Below, piece after piece: positions 10,506-21,544 of a stretch of DNA of 64,000 nt (positions are counted from its first letter, which is position 1; each line of letters opens with the position of its first letter). The translations under genes were made by a program, and so were the position numbers. Below the pieces are notes generated by a model. That model searched no databases. It was not told the DNA's origin and was given only the letters and a program-made list of their open reading frames with translations. This DNA is from Halocafeteria seosinensis (taxonomy: Eukaryota), in assembly GCA_001687465.1 (NCBI GenBank), contig LVLI01000341.1, positions 1-64,000 of the forward strand, given 5' to 3'.

Positions 10506-12058
10506 ATGGTGGGATCATTCAAACTTGTTGTAAGCGATGCCTACGCGGCCAGGTCGCTCGCGTTCACGGCTTCAGCTTTGAATTTGGTCAAGTCAGGCGC
10601 TATACAGCTCCATTCCTTGACACAAAGTGAATCGATGCCCACTTCGCAACGCCAGGTAGCTTCATTGAGTGGTGAATGGGGTACATTCTCTGAGTTTCCG
10701 ACCATTGCAAAGGCCATTGGAGCTCTCAAGGACCAGACAGCACCGGGAAAGAGGTCATGGAATGGGACAGAGCCCATGGAAAAGGCCAAAGTACGTGTCA
10801 CGTAACCAGGACAAACGAAGACCCCTCGTTAAGCAGATTGCATACACTGCCGCTTTGGTTGTTTCCTGCAGGTTGCTCAATGGCTTTCGTTCAGCTATAG
10901 TCAGTCCGCTATCCAGCAATCCGAGGAGTATGTCCGAGCTCTTGACAAGGAACTGACAAAGGATTCCTACTTAGCAGGATCATGGCTCACAGTTAGTGAC
11001 CTAGTAGCCTACTGGATGGCTCATCCGATTGTTGTACGTACACGCTCTGTTCATGTAGTTAAAAGGACCTCGAAGATGAACCGTTCTGCCGCCGTTTGCC
11101 TCAGCAGAAAGCCCTCGGCGCAGAAAAATGCAGCGGATATCCTAACGTATGCCGTTGGTTTGATCAAGTACAGCACGAAGTACCAGAATTGAATGAGGAC
11201 AACTCAGCCCCTGAAGGGCAGCCAGAAATGATCCATTTCCCCGCCACGGAACCCCTGTTTCCAGCTTTAGATGTTGCTTCAAGCACTCCCTCTCCTCAAG
11301 CCTCTACGACTACAGAGGACAAATCTTCCCAAAAGAGTAAAGCGGGAGAGAAAGGTGGATCAAAGGATAACAAAGGTAACCCCGAGGAGAAAGGCGCATC
11401 GAAAGAATCTAAGAAAGATGAGCGACAGAACGCGAACGACAAGGGCGAGCAAGCTCAGAAACAGGAGGGTGAAAAAGCCACGAATAAGAAGCAAAAGAAA
11501 GAGAAGAAGGCAGAAAACTCCGAAAACTCCGAAAAAAAGAAGGGCGAAGCTGCTGATGAAATTACCATCACTGTATGTGAATTCAAAGTAGGTCACATAA
11601 AGAAGGTATGGAAGCACCCAGAGGCGGAAAAACTATACTGCGAGGAAATCGATGTCGGAGAGGAGGCTCCTCGGCAAATTGCTTCAGGACTAGTTGAACA
11701 TATGCCCATGGAACAACTTGAGAACCGTAAAGTCATTGTGGTGGCCAACTTAAAGCCTCGCCCTTTAGTCGGTTTTAAGAGTCATGGGATGGTCCTTTGC
11801 GCTACATCGCCTGATAAGAGCAAGGTTGAATTGTTGGAGCCCCCAAAAGATGCTCCAGTAGGAGAACGAGTACAATTCCCGGGATATGAAGGGGAGGCAG
11901 CGTCTCCGAAATGGATCCAAAAGAAGAAAGCATTAGAGTACCTTCTTCCGCAGCTGAAAGTACGGAACGATGGTGTGGCCTGCTGGAAGGATGTACCCTT
12001 TACAACTTCTGCTGGACCTGTGCTCTCGGGGTCACTGAAAGAAGGTACAATCAGTTAG
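10506..12058 (+). CDS. Arc1p/AIMP1-like aminoacyl-tRNA synthetase cofactor (GST-like domain, lysine-rich linker, tRNA-binding OB fold)
   Basis: GST-C motifs (VAQWLSF, LDKELTKDSYLAGSWLTVSDL, YPNVCRWFDQVQ) and an EMAPII/Trbp111 OB fold (KVGHIKKVWKHPEAEKLYCEEIDVGEEAPRQIASGL, ANLKPRPLVGFKSHGMVLCA). Two introns, at about 10791-10870 and 11034-11107. Confidence 0.88.
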
Positions 12059-12168
12059 TGACCGAGTATTGAATTGAAGGTGTATTCTTGCGGCTTATAG
12101 ACAAGTGATGGATATACAACCAATATGTTAATGCGTCCGCCAACAGGCTACAAGATTTTTGAGAATAT

Positions 12169-13516
12169 TTAGTCTTCCTCTTCTCCTCCTTCTTCACCCT
12201 CTTCGCCTTCCTTTTGCTCTTGTTCTCTCATGGCTTTAGCAGCTGCGTCTTCGAGCTTCATTTGTTTCTTCTCTTGCCTGCGTTGTTGTTTCAATCGTTC
12301 TGCTTCCCTGATTTTTTCTTGTTCTGCCTCCTTTTGCGAGTATTCCTCTTCTTGTTTCTTTCGTTGGGCGGCAAGCGCGTCTTGGACTAGTCTATCGACC
12401 AGTGACCGCGAAACAGATCGCGAGTGAAGTCGGGATGTCGAGCCTTCGAAGACTCCCGGTAAAAACTGTTGTTCCACTTCCTGAGCGACTGGGTCCGCAA
12501 AATGGCCTTCGAGTATCATCTTCTCGAAAACCGCCTGGCGAACACTCTTTAGGTACTTCCGAGCATGTTCTGAAGCAGCAACTTTCTGTTTGATTTGGCG
12601 TTCTCTCTCAACTCGTTCTTCTTCTTGTTTTCTGCGTCGCTCCTTCTCCTCTTCCTTTCGCTTAGCTTCTGATTCCATCCTTTGAACCTCAGCCAGTTCC
12701 GCATTCCGGATTTGTTCAAACTCTTCTTGGTGCTTGCGAATACTTTCTAGTTCTTCCTCTTCTAACACTTCCATCAGGCCTTGTTCTAATGTTCTGCCGA
12801 CTAAAACTTCTAGCACAGGTTCTACTTCCATATCAAAGTCAAATAGCTCGCCGTCTTCTACCTGAGTTTCTTTATCAACACCAGCCTTGGCCGGCACAAA
12901 CATGGGTGAAGGCGGTCTATCATTTAACGGGTCTGTCTGTGTACCGATCTCTTCCTCGGGTGGTTTATCATGTAGCTCTTCCAAAAAGTTCTCTGTTTGT
13001 ATTTCCATGTGGGATCTTCCTTCAACCGGCGGAGGAGTAGGCGCACGCGTTGCTCGAGTCGATTTCTGTCGACGACGTTGCTCTCTCCGAGCTCTACGCT
13101 CTTCACGTTCCCGTTGGAGGCGTTCCGCTTCAGCTTGCGCAGACTGCATCCATGATCACAAGTACACCCCGCTGGTTCACTAGCGTCTACAATAACTGAT
13201 ATACTAGTATCGTCCACGTACCGGTGGTAACACTTGTGAAGCGTACGTATTGCCTCGATAAACTCGTTTATCGTACATGATGTTTGCCGGTTGGGGTCTG
13301 CACGACAGAGTTCAGCCAGTGTGGCGGGCCCAAGATCTTGCCTCTCCCATTACATAGCACTTACTGTTTATTCTCCGCATCGTCTTTTCCGGATGGGTCT
13401 CTGTATGGAGCCCGGCGGTGTGGAACAGCTGCAGGAGACTCTCTGAACTCATACGAGGTAGTCTGAGTTTCGGCTCCAGCGGTGCCGGCCGCGTTTCTGT
13501 TCGTTAGTACGCTCAT
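12169..13516 (-). CDS. RSPH3: Radial spoke protein 3 (flagellar axoneme)
   Basis: NIMYDKRVYRGNTYA in exon 2; PPPVEGRSHMEIQTENFLEEL; TQTD..DRPPSPMFVPAKAGVDKETQVEDGELFDFDMEVEPVLEVLVGRTLEQGLMEVLEEEEL. ATG at 13516 and two short introns. Confidence 0.93.
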
Positions 13517-14991
13517 TTCCCTTCGAATCCACTAAACACTGTGCTAGATAGAGACTACTTTCGTAGGAGTAATAGCAGAAGCGGAGAAAACGTCAATTGA
13601 GGCAGCAGCAATGATGTCTAGCGAGCTGGTCCCCGTCCCCTCGGGTGGCTTTACCGTTATGCTCAGCACTCTCCAATTCCACACTCCGTATACTACCACT
13701 TTCGGAGAGTGTGGTGAAAACTGTACTGGTATAGTGAATATCGACCCAAGGCAATGAAGAGAATGAGCTTGACGAGCCGTGGAACTACTTGATCGTGTTT
13801 GTCGGTTGAACGAGCGCGCCAAATTCACGCTGAAGACTTGCTAAGCCGAAGTTGGGCAACCTTAAGGTTTCAGCCACCGGCTGTCATTCGTAAACTGATG
13901 TCTTTATCAAACTTACTAAAGTGGACGAAAAGATAAGTTTTTCTTCTCTGTTACGGTATGAGAAAGGAAAAATATAAAGTGGGGAAGACTTGATGTAGCC
14001 ACTTGATGTGTCTGTGGCAGGGCTGCAGCAACTCACATGGAGTAGTTCTACTCGGATTCGTCTTTCAAACACTGAAACAAGATTTGGACAGGATCTGTAG
14101 ACACACATGCTTGGTTCTGATATGGCCATACCACATGGCCACCGATGTTGCGAGGGATCAAACCTGAAATCTGTCAACACGGACGTATCACAAAGCCTGC
14201 TTGCCAAATCGCAAAATGCAAGGGGTCATTGTGTAAATTGTACAGGTGGTAGCTGAACAACGGTGTATGTATATTGTCGCGCGGGCGATGTTTGCCAGCA
14301 AATACTCATGGATGCTGGTCGTGATCTGCAGCACGGGGATGCAACGTGATATGTGTATACTTGACCGTGACCCGGACACAACAAAAGGTTCGAAACCAGC
14401 ACTACCTGGAATGGTAGGAAGAATACCGTAGACGGTGAGTAGAATCCAGTTTGTTCTGCTTTCCCCTTTATGATGGCAGACGGAATGAATTGCATAGGGT
14501 TGGTACATGGCACAGTGAGGGCAAAGTGTGGTTACGACAGTGAGTCGGGCGGGGAGCCGTCATTTGTGGGTGGGTGTGTGTGTGTGAAGCCAGGTAGGTG
14601 AACTAAGACTGATCGGGTTGATACAGGTCAAACAATGGCTCGGCTATGGCAACCCAGTTGGGGCCAAGAATGCTCAATTCGTCCCAGTCAGCCTCCGGTT
14701 TGGACAGATTTAGTTGAATTTCACAGAGGTTGGTACAAATGTACGACAAAATTAATCTTGAGTTTCACATGGTTGGGCCCTAGTTTCGAACATAGATCCT
14801 CGGGGCCCCAGTTGGGGAAGTGGGGGCGCCACAACAGCCCTAGTAGAGCCCGCCGAAGTCCACGGATATTGTCTTCTGCGCTCATATCGCTATGTGTGAA
14901 TTAGTGTTGTTTCTACGAGAGGAAATTAGTCTACGGTACACCGTGATGCGAACGTGTGAACCTTTCAGAGATCGATGCACTCCAGTTCCAC

Positions 14992-16038
14992 ATGAAAATG
15001 ACCGTTGGAAGGACGCGGCCATGGTGCTGCTTGTTGCTTGTCATGATTCTGTGTGGAGTTCACGCTTCAGGCAGTGAGGTTGAGGAGCAAACCTTTACCC
15101 AAACTCAAACATGGGTTGTGCCTATAGATGGGGATTACATGGTTGATGTTTTCCTCGTAGGAGGTGGAGGAGGAAGCGGCCTGCGTGGGGGTGGTGGAGG
15201 TGGTTACACAAAGACATTTAAGGGGATCCATGTTCCCCGAGGCACGAGGGTGGAAATCACGGTGGGTGAAGGGGGTCAAGGTGCCTGTGGAGCAGGAGCA
15301 ACAGATGGAGGCCATTCTCAATTTTGGGAATCCGAATACCGTGCTGAAGGAGGTCATACAGGAGAAGTTCACGACGGAGGAGACGGTGGTTCTGGTGGAG
15401 CATCGGGTGGAAGTAACAATGACTGCACTGGAACTTCCGATGAAGCTGACGGTGGAAGTGACGGCAGTGACGGTAATTCTGTGACAGGTAATTTCGGCGG
15501 AACAGGACAAGGATCAACAACGAGAACTTTTGGAGATACCATTGGCGACCTGTATGCTGGAGGTGGTGGTGGGGCTGATTGCAGTGTTTGTCGAGGAGAA
15601 GCAGGTGCAGGAGGCGGTGGTGACGCTGCTCATGATGGGCAAGCGAATACTGGAGGAGGAGGTGGTGGTATCAATTTTGGCTCTTGTAGCTGTGCCGGAA
15701 GCGGTGGAACGGGTGGAAGTGGTGGTTCCGGTATCGTGATCATCAAGTTGCAGCGCAAGCCGACTCCCTCTCCTACTCGGACACCAACTTCTTCACGAAC
15801 ATCTTCGGCCACTTTAACGAGCTCCAATACAGGAACGGAGACCTGCTCGAAAACCCCAACGTCCTCTGAGACAGTAATCTCTTCCATGACAGCAAGTGAG
15901 ACTTCCTCTCCATCCAGTTCTGCTACACATACTTCCTCAAGTTCGCCGAGTTCATCACCTTCTCCTTCTGCCAGCGGTCCGAGTCGTGTCATTTCAACGG
16001 CTTTGGCTGTCCAGCGCCCGAAGCGACTGGCGAAGTAA
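14992..16038 (+). CDS. Secreted glycine-rich-domain protein with a Ser/Thr/Pro-rich tail; intronless
   Basis: Signal-peptide-like N-terminus (RPWCCLLLVMILCGVHA). Domain 'TFTQTQTWVVP..DYMVDVFLVGGGGG..GGGGGGYT....VEITVGEGG' closes with 'GGSGGSGIVIIK', followed by a mucin-like S/T/P tract. Confidence 0.75.
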   Translation: MKMTVGRTRPWCCLLLVMILCGVHASGSEVEEQTFTQTQTWVVPIDGDYMVDVFLVGGGGGSGLRGGGGGGYTKTFKGIHVPRGTRVEITVGEGGQGACGAGATDGGHSQFWESEYRAEGGHTGEVHDGGDGGSGGASGGSNNDCTGTSDEADGGSDGSDGNSVTGNFGGTGQGSTTRTFGDTIGDLYAGGGGGADCSVCRGEAGAGGGGDAAHDGQANTGGGGGGINFGSCSCAGSGGTGGSGGSGIVIIKLQRKPTPSPTRTPTSSRTSSATLTSSNTGTETCSKTPTSSETVISSMTASETSSPSSSATHTSSSSPSSSPSPSASGPSRVISTALAVQRPKRLAK

Positions 16039-17224
16039 ACCTTAGTAGCTCCCTGTTACTATATAAGCATTGTGAGAGGAATAAGTATCTTCTTGAAAGT
16101 ATCTTTAAACGAGAAATTTTTGGTTGCTGGCTCTCAGCTGCATCAGTAGATCTCGTGTACAACAGGCTACTGATGCTTCGCACCGCTTCGAGATTCACCA
16201 AGTGGATCAGCACCCGAGCATCACACACTACATTGCGAGCTTTTCTATAACGAAGTATGTAAGCAATGAAGCTCTTCGCCTAAGTGGGCAAGAACAAACA
16301 AAACCTGCCTGCAACCACGAGACCGCGGTTTTGAAGCGAGGCTGCAGGCAGAGCGGGGGGATGGGGAGGAGAGAAGAGGGACGAAGAACTGAGACGGATA
16401 GGACGTCTCGGGTGGAATCCGGATTCGAGAACAGCCGAAGAGCAAGCTACACGAATTGACTTATACGTGCAAGTGGAAACTAACAACAATATCCTTCTAA
16501 TCCTATTAAGCAATGAACTGCTAGCTAGCTGCGGAGGTCCCATGGGATGTGACTGCGTCAATGCTTTGCAGTCACTCGTTTATGCTGCCTCTCTCCTAGT
16601 GGAACAGCGGGCCTGTAGCTACCAAACACGGGCGCCAGCTGCTACCTAAGTGTAGCGGCTACAACTACCTGTAACATCCAGCTGCCGGTGGGCCATCAGT
16701 CACACCTTCGTCGTCGTTGGCAGAGCGGGCCCATTGCTGCTTCACACAAACGCATACCGCTCCTCGTATGCGGTCAACTTCCTGTTCGGTGGGCTATCTT
16801 TTACGTGTGTGTGTGTGTTCATGCTGGTACGTCACGGTACGTGTACAGTTCCACACATTGTAGTGGACCGCCCTTGGACTATCTGTCACATGTGTGTGTG
16901 TGTGTATTGTAGTAGTAGTACAACCACTCTACGTACACACTTCATAGATAGTTCAGCAAATAAAAAAATAAACACGGCAATTCCACAACTATGGACTGGA
17001 ATGCCATGCGCTCCGATCCACCCTTCCACGGCACTTCCACGCATCTGCTGTACCACCAAGTTGCCTTCCCTCCGGATCGAGGGAGATTTGACTCACCGCG
17101 GGTAGAGACCGTATCTGATGCTTAGTTAGGTATCGTATTGTTAACATATGGTTCTGACAGATTTATACCGCATCCTTTGATAGAAAAGGGATATTGTATC
17201 GTCTTTCTTCTGTGTAAAAGTGCC

Positions 17225-18221
17225 ATGGCAAGCAGTGTGGAGGAGGTATTCGACGCTATGCGGTCCGCATTGAGGACCAAAGGTGAGGAGATCGTGAATA
17301 AGACCAAAGGGGTTATTTCGTACAAGGTACGTCCGTTGTCATGGGGGTGCATTCTTTCTGTATTTATGTTTGCATGGAGAGTGGCTGCCTCTCGCAGATT
17401 GGAGAGTATGAATACACGGCAGACTTAAAAAATGGAAGTGGAAGTATCGAGAAGGGACTACGAAAGGATGCAGATCTTACGATTACTCTCTCGGAATCTG
17501 ATTTCTTAGCTCTCAGTAATGGAAAGCTGAACCCGCAGCAAGCCTTCATGAGGGGCAAACTGAAACTCAAAGGCAACATGGGGATCGCCATGAAGCTCCA
17601 AAATATCATCGAATCCGCGAGGAAAGAGTTTATTAAATCTGACGGAAGTGGAGCGCAGTCGTCGACAGGAACCCAGAAAACTAGTTCTAGTATCTCTAGT
17701 GGTGGAGGTAACAAAACTGACAACCCTTTGGCCAATTTGAAGAGCAAGGCTGTCTTCGACCTTATCGGTGATGCTATCAAACGGGAAGGCCAGGCATATG
17801 TGCAAAAAGTGAAAGGCACAGTACGGTTCGATCTCAAGAATCCCGATGCCACAGTATTCTTAGGTAACTAATACAGCGCTTGTAACTTTGTATGTTGACA
17901 AGACGATACATCGTCATTGTCTGTGTGGAATTTCCAGACCTAAAGAACGGCAACGGAGACATTCGTCCAGGAGATACGGAAAGCAAGGCTGACGTCACCC
18001 TGACGGTAAATGACGAAGATATGTTAGCTTTAGCAAACGGGAAGTTGAACCCGCAGTCGGTAAGAAACTTGGAATAGTGCTGGGTATGCTTTCTTGCTTA
18101 CTGTAAATACATTCTGAAACAGGCTTTTATGCGAGGAAAAATCAAATTGAAAGGAAACATGGGTTTAGCTATGAAACTACAAACGATTTTAGCGGCTGCC
18201 AAGCCAGAAGCGAAATTATGA
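17225..18221 (+). CDS. Tandem SCP2 (sterol carrier protein 2) domain protein with a peroxisomal PTS1
   Basis: Two copies of DLKNG.G...AD.T.T....D.LAL.NGKLNPQ.AFMRGK.KLKGNMG.AMKLQ. Ends ...KPEAKL-stop. Three introns. Confidence 0.9.
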
Positions 18222-18334
18222 ACCCATGGACTTCTCATACGACGTTCATGTGTGTGCTTTACATATAATGTGCCTGGATGGCACAGAAATTGACTAGAAT
18301 TATTGAATTATACATTATAGGGTGTGAAGGTAAC

Positions 18335-21069
18335 TCAAAATTTATATTCCTCCCATTCGTAGGCTTCATACAACCAAGGATGCTGCATGGCCTCTTCAGC
18401 AGTAGGTCTCTTGGTAACGTCGACTTGAAGGAGATACTCTAGGAAGTCTACAAATTTCGAATCGGAGCATCCGAGTTTCTTGTCCAATGATAATGGAGCC
18501 GGCTTCAGTATCCTGCAGAGAAAGGAATTTATCAGTAAAACCTCTCGTTTGAAGCAATTAAAGCAAACCCACATTGTCCTATCCCGTTTACTGTCGTCCA
18601 AAAAGACGTCTCCTTTAGCCGTAAAAAACTTGTGCCTGAAAGGAGCTTCATTGAGCATCCATTGCGGAAAGCCATCTGTGGTACCAGTAGCACAAATTAG
18701 ACGCTCAGAGGATGACTCATGCAAAGCGATATATATCAATCCGTACCTAACCAGCTCTCCATCCGTACAAGGGCAAACTGTATAGCCTCATTGACGAACA
18801 GCACATCACCGGTAAAAAGCTCAGCGAGGACGCATCCAAGCGACCATATATCAATCTTAGGCCCATAAGGCAATCCAAGAGTAACCTGTGCTTGCGATTT
18901 ATAAAACGTGGGAAAATGTTAGCATTATGCTTCCTGTCAATAACTTACTTCTGGTGCTCTGTAGCTTCGTGACTGAATGTAGGATGACAAGCGATCCGAC
19001 ACAAAACAAGAGGACCCAAAGTCAATCAACTTGACGTCGCATCGAGAATAACTCTTGACCAGTACGTTCTCCGGTTTTAGGTCTGTGTGTATCAACCCTT
19101 TCTTGTGGATGAAGTCCAATGCACGCAGGAGCTGCCAACATATCTTCTGCGCAATGGTACAGCACATCGGGATAATGAGTTTGCCGTTCTTGAGTGATAC
19201 GAATACTTCCAGCTTACTTGTAGACGTGCTAGTGTGAAGAATTTCGGAGCCTTATATTTTTCGATGTATTGCTGAGCATCGAATAAATTTTCTCGTAGTA
19301 GCTGCAAACCGCATTCAGATGAAATCAACAGATTCATCGAAATCAAGCTGTCCTGCCCTTACTTCTGTGCAGATAAATAGATGTTCTTTGTAGTAGAAAT
19401 GCTCGTTTAACCGAACAATATAATTCTTGTCTGGATCGCCCATTCGATTTAGAAACCTGAGACATTGGCATCCAGAGAGTGATCGCAATGTCAGAGCGTC
19501 ACTTTGACATTCCCCATACCTTAAGACTTTGATTTCGTCAATACTTTGATCGAAAAAATCTTTACTGTTTTTAACGATCTTTAGACATACTTTAGAGTCT
19601 GTCAGTAAGTCTCTACAGGCAAGAGCTATACTAAAAGCAGCAGATCCCAAAAAGTCGGAAACTCGATATCTGCATGAGCGACCCATCGTGATACAGTTGC
19701 CTCATCAGCATTTTGTACTCTTCTTACCTGCCTGCTACGACACTGCCACGAGGTGGATGGAAGTCTTTTGTATCCTGGAATCCTGTTCGTCCCGCCTCGT
19801 AGACCACAGGAAGATTGAAGGCAGCGTAGTGAACCTGCGGAAGTGTAGCATGCTAAGCCAGGTAAAGAGTGTGGGGCGATACTGTGGTACACCTACAGGA
19901 TTTCCATCTTCATTGACTTGAGCATCTTGATGTGTACTTGTGAGCCATTTAGCTCTCCAGCAATCCTCTGCAACTCGCTGCACTTCGGAAAGCTCACTGG
20001 GGTCACTGCCGCCACTGAGGTCCGCCAGCAGTTCTGGATTATATTTGAATCTGGGTGATCCATTATGGTCAAACGTCTCTATATTATCAGACCCTCTAAC
20101 ATTCTGCAAATCATCCTCTAAGGAGACTTCAACCTCTTGTTCATCCACTTCGGCATCCCCATTTGACTCCTCTTTGCTTTTGACCCGGTTCCCGGAAGCG
20201 GTTGCAGAACTCCTCCGTTTTGCTGATTTCTGCTTGATTTCTTGCTGCTCCTTCAAAACATTCTTCCTTGGAACTGTCTCTACTGCAAATCCTCGGGCTA
20301 TGTCCTTCTGACTGGCTGAAGTAGCACGCTTTTGAGTTGGTGTAGTACCTGGTTTTTTAGTAGCAGCCTGCGGTTTCGTGGTACGCCGTCTATCTGAAAC
20401 GGAATTCGTTGCTTTTTTGGCGACGTCAGCATCTTTAGAAGCTGTGGTTGCCGTCTTTTTCGGCGGCACATTCGTACTTGCCTGCGCTTTGGAGGCCGTC
20501 GTAGAGACGGTAGGCTGTGTTACAGGTTGTGCTTGTTCTTGTTCGCGCTTGATCTGATTATCGCTCGCCTTCCACTCCGATGTTCGCTTTGAAGCATTGG
20601 TTCCTTCAGCCTTTTCTTGAATTTCGCTGATAATATTGGAACCTAAAATCTTAGACAACCCAGTTCCATACCGCTCCAAGATTTCGGCGGTAACGGCGGG
20701 AGGTACCACCGCCGTATCCAGCAGAATCTGTTGCAACAAGTTCACTGCCTCACCTTGCACTTCTTTCTTATGTGTCGCATTGGTACTGTTGTCTCCGTGA
20801 CGGTCGGTGGCCTTGGAATGCTGTATATCTTGGCTACCATTTGGGCCAACTGTTAGGCTCTGGCTTTTGTGTCGAGTTTTCCCTCCATTTTCCTCCTGCG
20901 GTATGCCGTTCCGCTGAGTGTGCTTAGTATCACCGCCATTCTTTCCCGAGCATAGCTTCCCTAGACGCTGGGAAACCTCTCGTAGGCCGGTATTTAACAT
21001 CTGGAGCTGCTCCGTGAAGGCCAGCGCCTCCCCGTCTCCTCCATCTTCAACTTGTCCTTGCTCCGTCAT
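18335..21069 (-). CDS. DYRK-family kinase, DYRKP-like, with a long disordered N-terminus; multi-exon
   Basis: FNLPVVYEAGRTGFQDTKDF...VVAGRYRVSDFLGSAAFSIA, CLKIVKNSKDFFDQSIDEIK, IHTDLKPENVLVKSYSRCDVKLIDFGSSC and YIQSRSYRAPEV, all typical of the DYRKP subgroup. The start at ATG 21069 is inferred. Confidence 0.88.
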
Positions 21070-21544
21070 GTTTCCCTCTCCAATTGTTCCCCGGTCCAAG
21101 AGGTCCCAATATAGCAGCAGTTCTTATGTGCACCCAAACTGTAAATGACGATCCGCTTGTAATGAAGCAGTGAATTGACTTTGAGCCACAAACTTCAACA
21201 AAAAGCTGCTTCTCAGCAGCCCGCCCGTCAACAAAAGGTTAAGGTAAGTGCGGAAAAAAATTGAAAGTAGTGAATCACCCGAGCGATTGGGTTCCAAATG
21301 TTGGAAACTGCAGCGCTTACAACTTTGGTCCAGTTTCGAAGTATTGGCAACGTTCGTTTGAGCGGTCACACGGTCAGATTCGTGTCAATACCACGAGCAC
21401 GAAACTCAGTGATGATGCATATGGTTGCAAAACAGGAGAGAATCGCAAAATGGTTTGCACTGGATAACAACGTAGGACCAGCGGTATCTCAAGAATCTTG
21501 CAAAGCATTCTTCATGAAGAAGTATATTGAATTTGACTAACGAA

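Noticed and set aside
16800..16925. (GT)n tracts here, near 14570 and near 39685 as a dispersed repeat family
   Set aside because: Only simple repeats are shared, and I could not see extended similarity in the flanks.
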